Shown here: positions 44,812 through 58,441 of the stretch, one piece after another
How positions within the stretch are numbered: position 1 is the stretch's first letter
Layout: the number at the start of each line of letters is the position of its first letter
Source of the DNA: Eledone cirrhosa
Lineage: Eukaryota
DNA length: 64,000 nucleotides
Assembly: GCA_964016885.1 (NCBI GenBank)
Contig: OZ024742.1
Span: forward strand, 352,966,001-353,030,000
Direction of reading: 5' to 3'
Notes under the pieces: generated by a model
Told to the model about the DNA's origin: nothing
Database searches by the model: none
What the model saw: the letters and a program-made list of their open reading frames with translations, nothing else
Program-made: the position numbers and the translations under genes

Positions 44812-44881
44812 TGAGAGGTAGTACACTGGAAGGTACTATCCGTAGTAGTAGAGCACTCAGTCCATGGGACGAGTTAGGTAG

Positions 44882-45176
<295 letters not shown>

Positions 45177-45697
45177 TACTATTTATATACCATTGTTTAA
45201 CAAAATATGTTAGACTTTCTTTGTAATTTGTAATCATATCCATTGTTCAAATATTAATAATTGTTCTACTTTATTTTTCAAGGATTATTATGTTTCTTTT
45301 CATGAAAGTATGTCTCGCCAAATTCCTCCCAGAATCGAAATTATTTTAGAATTAGTTTTAGTTTCTCTAATAAAATATATATGGATATATTGCTAAAATG
45401 GATTTGCAGAAATATTTCTCTTCATAGGGCTAAGCAAATTAGTTAAGATCAAACCTGCAGAATGTTGATAAATAGTTAGCATATAATCAAATGCATTAGT
45501 TATATTTGAGCAAGTGATTTTTTGCTTTGATTTCTCTTTGAGTGGAATAATTTGTTTTGAATACCGTGTCAATAAACGAATAATTACTTATAAATGTACG
45601 AAATGGCATAAATGGGTATGAGTTTATTACGTACGGCCATCTATAACTAAATACGAGGGAAAATTCATGAACAAATGTATTTTCACTATTTTCCGTG

Positions 45698-45725
45698 ATG
45701 GCCTTGTGCCAATAGTAGAAACAAT
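45698..45725 (+). mobile_element. SINE 3'-tail stub
   Basis: tggccttgtgccaatagtagaaacaattatt equals the SINE tail. Flanked by imperfect duplication tatt(t)(c)tccgtg. Confidence 0.55.
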
Positions 45726-46053
45726 TATTTCTCCGTGCACCTAATGGCGAGACAATTTTGTACTATGTTCATTAGGAGCAGCTTTCTCAATGTATATACC
45801 TGAGGTGAGATATTGATAATGATTTTGTAAAGTAACTAAAAACGCACATAAATAAATACCACTTGGAAAGATACAGATTGCGTGGCTCTTAGGCCAAAGA
45901 GTAATACTTTGAGACCTATATGAAACAGTGGAATTTGGATCAGGTGAAAACCCACCAGCTAATATTCTATTAACCAGTACAACATTTATATTTGCCAGTT
46001 CGTTGTTTAGTATAATAAACGCCATTTTCTAACTATAAATGATACCAATATAA

Positions 46054-46089
<36 letters not shown>

Positions 46090-46197
46090 GTATATACAGA
46101 CACACGAAACGCACACATACACATACACAGACGCATACTCACGCACACGCACACACAAACACACACACACACACACACACATGTACATATATATATA

Positions 46198-46533
46198 TAG
46201 TCATGTAATAAACAACATAAGATCATTATTTCATTTACCAGTGGTTTCTTGAAAGCTAACAAATTTGCTTTCATTCATCAGAATGAAAATATCCTGGTGT
46301 ATTTATCGAAAGTGGATTTGCAAAACAAAAATATAAGAAATATGAAAGTGAGGCTGGGGGAAGAAGACGAAATGGGGAAAAAGAATAATAAATATAAAGG
46401 TATATAAACACACACGCACACACACACACACGCACATACACACACGCACACACACATATACATACACGCACGCGCACACACACACGCACACACACACACA
46501 CGCACACACACGGATATATATATATATATATAT

Positions 46534-46594
<61 letters not shown>

Positions 46595-46838
46595 TACATA
46601 TACATATATATTTATATATACGTATATAACTACACATACACATACACATACATACACAAACACACTTCTTAATCCAGCCTCACTTTAATATTTCTTATAT
46701 TTTTTTGTTTTGCAAATCCACTTTCAATAAATACAGCAGGATTTTTTTTCATTCTGATGAATGAAAGCAAATTTGTTTGCTTTCAAGAAACCACTGGTAA
46801 ATGAAATAATTATCTTATGTTGTTTATTACATAACTAA
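46198..46838. repeat. Inverted repeat (~165-bp arms 46198-46365 / 46665-46838) around CA/TA microsatellites
   Basis: atgtaataaacaacataagat...aagtgaggctgg versus ccagcctcacttt...atcttatgttgtttattacat. Confidence 0.85.
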
Positions 46839-46905
46839 TAAGCGCTGTAACCTACATAGAGCACTCTTTTTTTCCTTGACCTTTCCGACGGAATTACTTC
46901 ATTTA

Positions 46906-46984
<79 letters not shown>

Positions 46985-48229
46985 GATTGATTGTCTATAT
47001 AAATATTATTGCAAATTGTATATTAGTTATAGTGTTTCAATATATTTTCATATCTATTCTCAGATTCTCTTATATTGCAATAATGTATTTATTACTTATT
47101 TGTAACACTTTATAAACAAATACACAATGTAATTCGATTTAGTATCATATCGAATCATATTAACAGCATTTGTTTGATATAAAATATCGTATATCTAATC
47201 ATTTATTATACACGGAAATGTTTCACTGTAATGTAATTAGTCACATAAAACTTAATTAAATATATTTGAAGTAAATTCATATACTTCAGTTAAATTCTGC
47301 ATAAGAACATAACTCAATAAATTATTTATCATTCATAGGTTTTAAAATTTTATTTCCTATTATTTGTTACGAGTATCAATAAGATTGTCATAAAAAAATA
47401 CACCAATCTAAGAATTTTACAACGTACAATGATTCCAATCTATATTGTAATAACTCTCTGATTGTTAAGGTGTAAATGATGTTGAGGAGCTATAAACAAT
47501 AGAATAGAAGTGAGTAGACTACTGGACCTCATTATATGTTAATTTGGAAAGCATTTCGTTTTTCGTAACATGGGATCATATAATATTTATGTTGCAGGAA
47601 TATGTGAACTTTTGCGATTCTATTTTGCGGTAATTACAGGGGATTTATATATATAAATAAGAGTAGTAATGGACACTGAATTGAAAATACTGAGTTTTAT
47701 TTCCGAAATACCACACATCTTCTGTTGACCGGGTAAATGAACGGGCGCAAGATGACACCAGCGCCAACAAGTTTAATAAAACCAGCTTCATAGTAACTCT
47801 AGTCAATTGCAGAGTCCATTTTTCAATCGTTATTTAGAGGAAGAGAGAGTTAGTTTATGAATAACTGATGTTCATTCACACCTATGCTGCACTCGACTAC
47901 AAACCTTGCCAGTACCTTGGGGGATTTTCCTTTTGCAACATGTGATCTGCAAATTCAAACCGATTCATCTTACACCCCACCGAATTAGGGTCTTTATGTT
48001 TTGAATTATGGCTACATGCGTAGGACAAAGATCAGGAACCATTCTAGATAGAGAAGCTACCTCATTGCATCAACATATCACAGCTGCGGTAGTAATAACT
48101 TGTTGAAAGAATGGCTATTGAAAGAATCGATGACAAATTTCACACGAAATATACCAGTGGGAGACCCCGAATTAAAACACGAGAATGAAGATTTGATAAC
48201 ATACACGAAGAAGTGAAAATAAACTGCTA

Positions 48230-48296
48230 AGAAGTGAAGTGAAGAAGAAGAAGAAGAAGAAGAAGGCGAAGAAAAAAAAAGAAGAAGAAGAAGAAG

Positions 48297-48328
<32 letters not shown>

Positions 48329-48355
48329 GAAGAAGAAGAAGAAGAAGAAGAAGGA

Positions 48356-48440
<85 letters not shown>

Positions 48441-48495
48441 AAGAAGAAGAAGAAGAAGAAGAAGAAGAAAAAAATAATAATAATAATAATAATGA
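48230..48495. repeat. Compound (GAA)n/(TAA)n microsatellite
   Basis: Direct reading. Confidence 0.95.
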
Positions 48496-51400
48496 TTTCA
48501 TTTATTGGCAACATTACAGATGCCAGGCACCCAGTCTCGGTCTCTTCTTGACCTAGGACTGCAACTCAGTCAAAGAAACGAGCTGCGGAAAGTCCCGTCT
48601 GACAAACGGCGACCACACCTGTTCACCGTTTAGGCAGAATATATGGAGATGCCGCAGCCTCAGCGCGTGCCTGCGCATCATTAACCACGGCATGCCCAGC
48701 CCTCCACGTAGAGGGTGCTGGCAGCAGATGGACCGCCTCACCAGCGCAACCTGACCCCTCCACAATAATTTGAAGAGGAGCCGCTCCAAGATGGCGAGGC
48801 GCGAACGGGGGCAAGGGACGACAGTCAGACGGTAGAAGATGACGAACGCGATGTACGCGTTTGCCACCCTCGCCCGACCTTTCAGTGATAGCTTCATCCC
48901 AGCCCATTTCTGGGTGAGACTGACTGCGCTGCCTGTCACCTCGTCCTAATGCTTATCCACCTGTAGGTCTGGCCCGAACCAAACCGCTAGCAACTTTACC
49001 GGTCCGTCCCTCCAGCGCCAAACGACGCTGTTGGACGGAATAACTTGCCTCTCCAGGGGCCGAGTGGCAAGCCCACTTACTTTTCCGGGTTAAGTTTTGC
49101 TCCCGTCAACCTTTTATATTCCTCAAAAAAGTTGCCGAACACCTCGATTTCTGAGGTGTCCGACACCATCACGGTGATGTCGTCCGCATAAGCCGACACA
49201 GCCTTTCCTCGTCCCGGTTCGAGCGGGATGCCCTGCAACAGCTCCAGCTTCCGCAGTAAAGGCTCGAGAGTCACTACGTAAAGAAGGGAGGAGAGAGGGC
49301 ACCCTTGGCGGACCGATCGGGAGACCTGAAACGGTTCTGAGAGGTGGCCATTAATTTGACCATCGCGCAGGTGCCGCTGTGCATTGCAGCTATCCAGCTT
49401 ATGAAGACGGGGCCGAAGCCAGCCGCCTTGACGACAGCCTCCAGGTACCGATGGTCCACCGTATGGAATGCTTTCGATTGATCTAAATTGATCAGAGCCC
49501 CACCGAAGCCAGGTTTACAACCTACCCTCTATATGATGTATCGCATTAGGTGGAAGTTGTCTTCTATGGACCTGGTTGGGATTGCGCCTCCCCAACCAAA
49601 TTCCCGACGACAAGCGCCAACCTATTCGCTAACACCCTGGCCAAAATCTTAAACTCTGTGTTCAGCAGAGTTATGGGCCTGAAATTGTCTAATGTGTCCC
49701 TCTTGTTCTCGTCTTTCCTTATCTTCGTCACTACGCCCCGGCTCACAGAACTGGCAATATTCCCGTATTGCTGCCAGTTGCAGTAGAGGGCTTCAAGGAG
49801 ATTGGAGAACAAGTATGGCATATTTACATAAAGCTCGTAGGGCAGACCATCTAAACCGGGTGACTTGCGCCTCATGCAGCCGACAAGGGCATCCTGAATC
49901 TCGGCAGAAGTAATTGGGCTTTTGCAGCGCCCAGCGTCAGCCGTCGAGAGTTGCAGCAAGCCATCGAGGTAGGAACTGAAGTCCGCCACCTTCTCTGACC
50001 CGCCACTTACCCTGAACAGCCGAGCAAAATGTTGGCGAAAGGCCTCACACATCCTCTTGGAATCGCTCAGCTCGTGCCCGTCTCGGTCCGTCAAAGACCG
50101 AATCGTGGTTTTATTTCCACGCTGCGCTTCTGCCACGCGGGCCCATCGAACAGCTTTGGTTCCCTCGTTTCTCAGAGCACGCGCCTTAGCGGTGACAATG
50201 CAATCTTCCTGTTTCGCATTGAAGAAATGGTCTAATGCCATTCTCGCCGCTAGCACATCAGTTACAAAACCACTACCAATAGCCTCGTCTAACTTATCTA
50301 CCAACTCCCCCTCCTTTCTATTTTTCTCTAATGCTACTTCTTTGCTAAACTCTATCGACATTACTCTAATCTCTCTTTTCAGAGCCCCCCACCATCTATT
50401 GTTGACGACTCCTCCTGTCAACTTTTTCTCAACTAAATTGTTGACCTGGTCCCTGTAAGCCTTACGTGCGGAAATATCATGTTTAGCTTCCAGTAACCAT
50501 GTCTAACCTACGCGTCTTATCAAGGTCAACCATACAGATCACAAACTTGGGATCTGAATAGGCGTTCGTTTCAAAACGTGGACAGCTCACACAATTTCTG
50601 TCTATTTTCCTAATGAATATCCTCTCTATATACGATCTAGATGACCATATGCGGTTAGCCCCGGTCCACACTGGCGCATTAGGGAAATCTAGTCAGTACC
50701 TGTCAGACAGTTGGAACTGGCTGATCAGGTTCTTGAGGCTTTTGCACCGCCCGCTCCTATCGGATACTCCCACACAGTCCCAGCGTGGGTTTAAGATGCC
50801 GTTCCAGACCCCGTTAACAGTAAAGGGCGAGACGTACCCAGAAAGTCTTCCAGACGTCTAAAGAAGTCCGGCCGTCCTGCCCAAGTAGGAGCATAGACGG
50901 CCACCAGTCTGAAGGCACCACCTTCATTATTGTTCACGTCCAGGACCACTAACTTCCCGTCCGGGTCCCGGAAGATCGACCTTACCTCGAGATCCAGGCC
51001 TTTCCTAAACAGCACTGCCACCCCGCCTCCCATTCCCGGGCGGCTAACAGATGCAAACATCTGATAGTCGTCGAAAATGTGGGCTAGTGCGCGAGTGTCG
51101 GAAATCCTAGTCTCGCTGACTGCAATTATATCCATTTCTATAGACCTGAGTCGTTGAGCAGGTGACCCTGCTTCCAAGACGATCCCAGGCCTCGAACATT
51201 TAAACATCCTACTCTTAATATGGCAATGTTGGCAGGTTAAAAGAGAGAGAGGAAAGGTTTACTTACCTTCCGGGCTCTTGTGAAGGTCGGGTTGTTGGAC
51301 CTCCATAGTTGGTGGGGTTTCTTTTGGGAACCCCTTTAAAAGTCTTGAAGTTGGTTTTACGTTCGGGGTTCCCACGTCCCGAGAAAAGCTGTCTCGTATT

Positions 51401-52550
51401 TATTTGTATAATTCGATCGATATTCGCACCAGAACCAAATCTTCCGGCACGCGAAATGTGCTCGATTTAAAAATGTTCCCCTCTTTTTGTATATTTTCAC
51501 TTCGTGCTACGAGGGCCATCAATTCCTTGTTGACCCTCATGACGAGCACGAAGTTTTCTATGTTTTGTTGGTGTGGCTGTGGTGGTGATGGTTTTGGTGG
51601 CGTTGTTTCGGTTGTATCTGTGTTTGTTGTGAGTGCGGTGTCTGTGGTTTCAGATTTTTTGTGTATATTTGTTCTTGCGTCTGTTTTAGTTGTTTGCGTG
51701 TGGGGGATTCTGGTGAACGTGATGGTGGTGTTGATGTTGGTGTTATTGGAGAGATGTTTGCGTGGGTTGTGTCTGCGTTTTTCATTGAGGGTGATTTTGT
51801 GCTTTGTTGAGTTTTTTTTTTCTTTTTGTGTTTCCTTTTTTGGATTTTGGGGGATTTGGGTTTTCCCTCATCTTCACTACTGGTAGACGAGGGGTCTGTG
51901 TCTGTAAGTGTGTCTGTATGTATGTTTATGGTTTTATTGGTGTGTGTATTTTGTGGGGGAGGGATAATTGGACAGCTTTCCCCGTTTTCCGCATGGATGG
52001 TCAATGTTGGTGGTGGTCTTTCTATTGGTATTGTTGTTGGTGGTTTTGCCGGTGCTGGTGTTGGTCGTGGTCCTCGCGCCGGCGTCAGCAGCAGTGGAGC
52101 CTTTCGACCCCTTGCCTCTTTCAGCAGTTGAGGGCAGAAGGCTCGTAAATTGTTTTTTTCCCACAAACAAAACACTGCGGCCTTTTAACTTCGGTCATAA
52201 TGTCAATGACCGTCCCATTCTGAAAGCGGATGTGGTCCGGGATTTGTCTTCACATTCTCGGGCCTGATCTGGCGAAGGATCTCCAGGTCAACTCCGGACC
52301 AGTCCTCTCTGGCCGTTCTGGTCACTTCTATAGGAACGGTATCCGTCCCCTCCACGATCTCACATCCCAGAAGCCACCATATGTCAAGTCCTGGTGGGAT
52401 TCTGGGAATGCGGAGACGGCCGTTCTTTTTCCCATGTGGTTTTGCAAGGAGTCATAGCGTGGGCTTCTGACTTGAACAACACCGAAATGGTGCCGTACTG
52501 TCTAACCCTATCTATATATTCGGCGTTTTCTCTGATGCACCTCAGCGCGA
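48495..52550 (-). mobile_element. Tx1/L1-clade LINE pseudogene: ORF1 (zinc knuckle) ~52550-51250, APE ~51210-50480, RT ~50420-48550; most of the C-terminus deleted
   Basis: CFVCGK...LRAFCP; MDIIAVSETR, GGGVAVLF, VAVYAP; KSPGLDGLPYELY, FRPITLLNTEFKILARVLANRL, DQSKAF, RQGCPLSPLLY, AYADDITV. 3' AATAAA then (TTA)n. Confidence 0.9.
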
Positions 52551-52566
52551 ATAATAATAATAATAA

Positions 52567-53650
52567 TAGGAAGCTATTGACTATCTACAACATGTTCCAC
52601 AAGAGGAGTGATGTCGATAGACTCTACCTAAGGAGATCTGAGGGTGGAAGAGGTCTTATCAGCATAGAGGACTGTGTTCAGATGGAGAAAAACAACCTAT
52701 ACAAATACGTGACCTATAGTAAGGAGCCAATGCTCAGAACTGTACTGAAGGAGGGGACAGTAGGCCAGGGGATGTCCAAGGAGGAAATAACATCAGGGAG
52801 GAAGAGCAGCCTTAAGGGAAAATCCCTTCATAGTACCTTCTTTGAGAAAACTGAATTTAGAGATCCACAGACATGGCACTGGTTGAGAAGAGGAGACCTC
52901 AAAAAGGCTACAGAAGGAATGCTAATGGCTGCGCAGGAGCAGGCCCTCTAAACGAAGTGGTTGAAGCACCATATTTACAAGGAGGAGGTTAGCCCACTGT
53001 GCAGGATCTGTGGAGAGAGAGAAGAGACTGTGGCTCACATTGTGTCCGAGTGTAAACACCTAGCCCAGACCCACTATAAGGGCTGGAGACACGATGTGAT
53101 GGGCAGGGTGATCCACTGGCACCTGTGCAAAGTAAACAATTTACCACATTCTGAGAAATGGTATGAGCATAGGCCAGAGGCGGTGATGGAGAACAATCAG
53201 GTGAAGGTGCTGTGGGATTTTAGGATACAGACGGACAAAAAACTGGAACACAATAGACCTGACCTGGTGGTTGTGGACAAAGAAAAAAGATGGTGCCCGA
53301 TTGTGGATATGGCCTGCCCGTTCGACACGAGAGTGCAAGAGAAGGAGAGGGATAAAATTAACCGATACCAGGACCTAAAGAGGGAGGTGAAAAGGATTTG
53401 GAACTGCCATGAAGTCAAAGTGATCCCGATTGTCATAGGCGCACTGGGGACTATCTCCAAAAGTTTCCAGGGATGGTTAAAGAAAATCGGCCCCTTCACG
53501 CTTTTTGGAACGCTTCAAAAGGCATGCTTGCTTGGAACAGCAAGAACACTCCGGTACGTCCTGAATATCTGAGGCTGCAGGTAGTGGCTTGATATTCAAT
53601 CCAACGGACTTTCCAGTTAACCAACATCAATGACTGAGATTCAAGGAATA
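52567..53650 (+). mobile_element. 5'-truncated R4/Dong-like retrotransposon in a (TAA)n tract
   Basis: Near-identical to 57169-58250. CRICGEREETVAHIVSEC, RHD, RPDLVVVD, KERDKINRY. Premature stop at 52949-52951. (TAA)n on both sides. Confidence 0.92.
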
Positions 53651-53655
53651 ACAAC

Positions 53656-53696
<41 letters not shown>

Positions 53697-54781
53697 GGGA
53701 AGAAGACGCACGAGGTGACGGAGGTCATGAAATCGCTCCCGTAAGTTTTGAATTTTTAACATATTTAAATCATTTCTGAAATAACAACTCTTAGTACAAA
53801 TGCTACGTAAAGCACCCGGCTTGAGCCCCCAAAAAATGGGGCCCAAAATATATTGTTATAAGGCTCAAATATTCAAATATTCAACTTTGTATTGTACACT
53901 GTATATCCTAAAAAGAAAATGGCTATAAATGGAAGAAGAACCCCCCCCCCCCTCCTCTCCTCTGTCTACACTATATAGAACAGCCAAACTCACCAACACC
54001 AGAAACTAGATACACCACCCACCCCATCACCTGTGTCCACTAAACACAACAGCCAGATAACGGCATTTTCACCACCACCGCTCACTACGGCCATCATTAC
54101 CACCATTATCCCATCACCGCCGCCACCACCCCTTCACTCCTCCACTGCTACCACCGCTACAGCACCATCACTACAGTAATACGGTCACATCACCGCCACC
54201 ACTGCCTCGGTATCGACATCACCACCACCACTGTCTCAGTATCGCTACCGCCGCCAGTCTCCCATATTTGCCAGCTGGCTGCTGCCACCACATTATAGAA
54301 TCCCTACTGCCAAAAAAAGAGGAAGGCATCAAAATATATAGATAGACTCAAAAGAAAAAATAAAAAAGAAAAAACGAACAACAAAACCAAAGCAGCACAG
54401 CAACAACAGCAAAAAACGAGAAAAGCAAACAGAGAAAAACAAAAATAAAAAAAAAAAAAAAACGTAAAGAAAATAAGAATGAAGAGGGAAGCAGGCGGAC
54501 GGACAGAGAAGAGGGGGGGGGGGGGAACTAAAACTTAAAAAACAAAAACTAAGTCAGACATTCGAACACTACATTACAATGAAACTTATGCTTATTCATT
54601 TTTGGGGCCCTTTCTGCCTGTGTGTTTGTTTGTTTATGTGTGTTCGTATACAGCGTGGTGATAATACCACACAAGGGCCAAGTGGAATGGCGGATCCACA
54701 GATGTATATGTAACCATACATTCGCCAATCCTCGATAAGAGTGTTTAAATATCGAACATAAACAGTTCGAATAACGGTGAA

Positions 54782-57700
54782 ATGGAGACTAGAACGTCAT
54801 GTGACAGACTCTCACCCAACAGGTGCCCCCTGGCTCAGCAGCAGGAACCTGACTGTCAACCAAATACTGCTGATGTTGTAGGAAGGAGAAGAAGGAAAGG
54901 GGCCAGAACCAACTGGACGAAAGAATTGAATAGAACTGTTATGCAATGTTACCTGAAAAGTAACCCCAAGGAGAGGGGCTACAGGAGACGGATGCATAAC
55001 ATCTGGAACGAGATTGGTTTATTTAAATTAGATGAACAAAAATTGGCCGGGCAGGCTCGGGTAATAAGAACTAATGGGTGGATAAGCGAGCTGGAACTGG
55101 AGGAACTGAGCAGAGAGAATGGCTTGGAGATGGCGGGTGTAGTATGCCAGACAAGCGAGCCAGTGGGAAATGAAGGTGAAGAGGTCCTGAGAACGGAGGA
55201 ACCACCCGAAGCAGACAATGATCTGAATACTGAGATAAATAATACCTGGAACAGAGATACGGCCACTGAGGAGATGAATGCTGACCGGCTAGGACAAGAT
55301 TCGGTTGACATCCTAAATTTAGTGGTAGATGAATTGAACAATGATAGTGGGAGACCTATGAACCTAAGATTTGTAGACAGGAAAAAGTTAAAAGAAACAA
55401 CAGCTAAGGTAAACAAAGTCATCCCATACCTTGAGGCGAGGAGCCTTCACCAGTGCAACAATATCCTCAAAGCAACAGCAAATACGGTGAGGAAACTACT
55501 TGGTATAAAAGCGAGAGGAAACAACAGACAAGAAAGAGCAGAGCCGTGGTGGAAGAAGCGACTGAGTGGGCAAATCGGGGAAATGAGAAATGACATAGGA
55601 AAGCTTGAGTCACTACTGAATGGGACACTAAAAAACATAGGCACTAAAAATAGACTGGAAATAAAATACAAAACTAGGAGGAAAAAGCTAAATATTATCA
55701 TAGAGGAACTGAAGCAACGCATTGTAGCAAAGAGTGCAAAAATCAGGCGATACGAGAACAGAGTCAGTCAGTATAAACAGAACCGCATGTTCGACAACAA
55801 CCAGAAGATGCTGTTTGGACAGCTTGAGGGGAAATAAAGAGGCAACGACTTGATCCCTGGGGCGGAGCAAACTAAAACATTCTGGAGAGGAATATGGGAG
55901 CAGGATGTTAGACATAATGTCCAGGCTGGGCGGATTGAGACAGTACAGAGGGAGATAGGTGAGCAGGCACAACAACAAACTGATTTGAGTATCACAGTTG
56001 AAACTCTTAAGGGGCAGGCCAAAAAACAAACCAACTGGAAATCACCAGGCCCAGATGGTGTGCAGGGGTATTGGATTAAACATTTAACATCCCTCCACCC
56101 GAAGCTGACGGCCATGTTCAATGACTGCTTGGTGTCGGGTGAGGTGCCAGAGTGGTTGACAAAAGGTACCACAGTTCTGATAATGAAAGACCGAATCAAG
56201 GGTAATGATGTTACAAACTATAGACCTATCACATGTCTGTCCGTAATGTGGAAACTGTTGACGAGCATTGTGTCTGAGGAAATCTACCATCACCTCCACA
56301 CAAACAACTTGTTACCGGACGAACAGAAAGGATTCCGAAAGAAGTCACGTGGTACAAAGGACCAGTTACTTATTGATAAGATGGTAATGGGGTATTGCAG
56401 GAGGAGACACACTGATCTTGCCATGGGATGGATAGACTACAAAAATGAATTTGACATGGTGCCTAATTCTTGGATCACCAAAAGCCTGGAGATCTTCAGG
56501 GTGGCAGACAATATTAGACAGTTGCTGGGCAGGAGTATGGGGTCCTGGGAGACAGAGTTGACATCAACTGGAGTATCCTTGGGAAGCGTGAAGATCAAGA
56601 GAGGTATCTTCCAGGGAGATAGCCTGTCCCCTCTGTTGTTTGTCCTTGCCCTGATGCCCTTGACCATTATTCTGCGAAAAGTGAGAGCAGGATACAAGTT
56701 GGGAAGGGGAGAGCTTACCATCAATCACCTCCTCTTCATGGACGATCTTAAGCTCTTCGGGAAAAGTGAGAAGGAGTTGGATGTGCTTGTTGACACTGTC
56801 CGTATTTTCAGCAATGATATATGTATGCAGTTTGGTATAGGTAAATGTGGAGTCATTGTGATGAGGAGGGGTAGGTTGAGCAGAAGTAACGGGATCCAGA
56901 TACCAACAGGTGAAATGATAAAGGAAATTGACTCTGAGGAAGGATACAAGTATTTGGGCGTTCTGGAGGCTGATGGCATAAAGAACAAAAAAATGAAGGA
57001 ATTGTTAAGAACTGAATACATTCGGAGAATAAGGAGCGTATTGAAGTCACATCTGAACAGCAGAAATGCCATAAGCGCAGTAAATTCCCGAGCTGTGTCT
57101 TTTATTAGGTACAGTACGGGAATTCTGAGATGGAATGTTGCTGAACAAAAAGAAATGGATAGGAAGACTAGGAAGCTATTGACTATCTACAACAAGTTCC
57201 ACAAGAGGAGTGATGTCGATAGACTCTACCTAAGGAGATCTGAGGGTGGAAGAGGTCTTATCAGCATAGAGGACTGTGTTCAGATGGAGAAAAACAACCT
57301 ATACAAATACGTGACCTATAGTAAGGAGCCAATGCTCAGAACTGTACTGAAGGAGGGGACATTAGGCCAGGGGATGTCCAAGGAGGAAATAACATCAAGG
57401 ATGAAGAGCAGCCTTAAGGGAAAATCCCTTCATAGTACCTTCTTTGAGAAAACTGAATTTAGAGATCCAGAGACATGGAACTGGTTGAGAAGAGGAGACC
57501 TCAAAAAGGCTCCAGAAGGAATGCTAATGGCTGCGCAGGAGCAGGCCCTCAAAACGAAGTGGTTGAAGCACCATATTTACAAGGAGGAGGCTAGCCCACT
57601 GTGCAGGATCTGTGGAGAGAGAGAGGAGACTGTGGCTCACATTGTGTCCGAGTGTAAACACCTAGCCCAGACCCACTATAAGGGCTGGAGACACGATGTG

Positions 57701-58174
57701 ATGGGCAGGGCGATCAACTGGCACCTGTGCAAAGTAAACAATTTACCACATTCTGAGAAATGGTATGAGCATAGGCCAGAGGCGGTGATGGAGAACAATC
57801 AGGTGAAGGTGCTGTGGGATTTTAGGATACAGACGGACAAAATACTGGAACACAATACACCTGACCTGGTGGTTGTGGACAAAGAAAAAAGATCGTGTCT
57901 GATTGTGGATGTGGCCTGCCCGTTCGACACGAGAGTGCAAGAGAAGGAGAGGGAGAAAATTAACCGATACCAGGACCTAAAGTGGGAGGTGAAAAGGATT
58001 TGGAACTGCCATGAAGTCAAAGTGATCCCGATTGTCATAGGCGCACTGGGGACTATCTCCAAAAGTTTCCAGGGATGGTTAAAGAAAATCGGCCCCTTCA
58101 CGCTTTTTGGAACGCTTCAAAAGGCATGCTTGCTTGGAACAGCAAGAACCCTCCGATACGTCCTGAATATCTGA
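54782..58174 (+). pseudogene. R4/Dong-clade non-LTR retrotransposon ORF (RT + CCHC + restriction-like endonuclease), one in-frame stop at 55835-55837
   Basis: ORFs 54782-55837 and 55850-58174 are in the same frame. Motifs KSPGPDGV, YRPITCL, GIFQGDSLSPLLF, LFMDDLKL, YKYLG, CRIC..HIVSEC, RHD, PDLVVVD, DVACP. 3' end at ~58250 followed by (CAA)(TAA)n(GAA)n. Confidence 0.93.
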
Positions 58175-58249
58175 GGCTGCAGGTAGTGGCTTGATATTCA
58201 ATCCAACGGACTTTCCAGTTAACCAACATCAATGACTGAGATTCAAGGA

Positions 58250-58263
58250 ATAACAACAACAAC

Positions 58264-58356
<93 letters not shown>

Positions 58357-58441
58357 AAGAAGAAGAAGAAGAAGAAGAAGAAGAAGAAGAAGAAGAAGAA
58401 GAAGAAGAAGAAGAAGAAGAAGAAGAAGAAGAAGAAGAAGA
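58250..58441. repeat. (CAA)n(TAA)n(GAA)n microsatellite
   Basis: Direct reading. Confidence 0.95.

Noticed and set aside
54812-58101. Minus-strand ORFs overlapping the R4/Dong ORF (and plus-strand ORFs over the Tx1 element)
   Set aside because: Antisense shadows of retrotransposon coding sequence.
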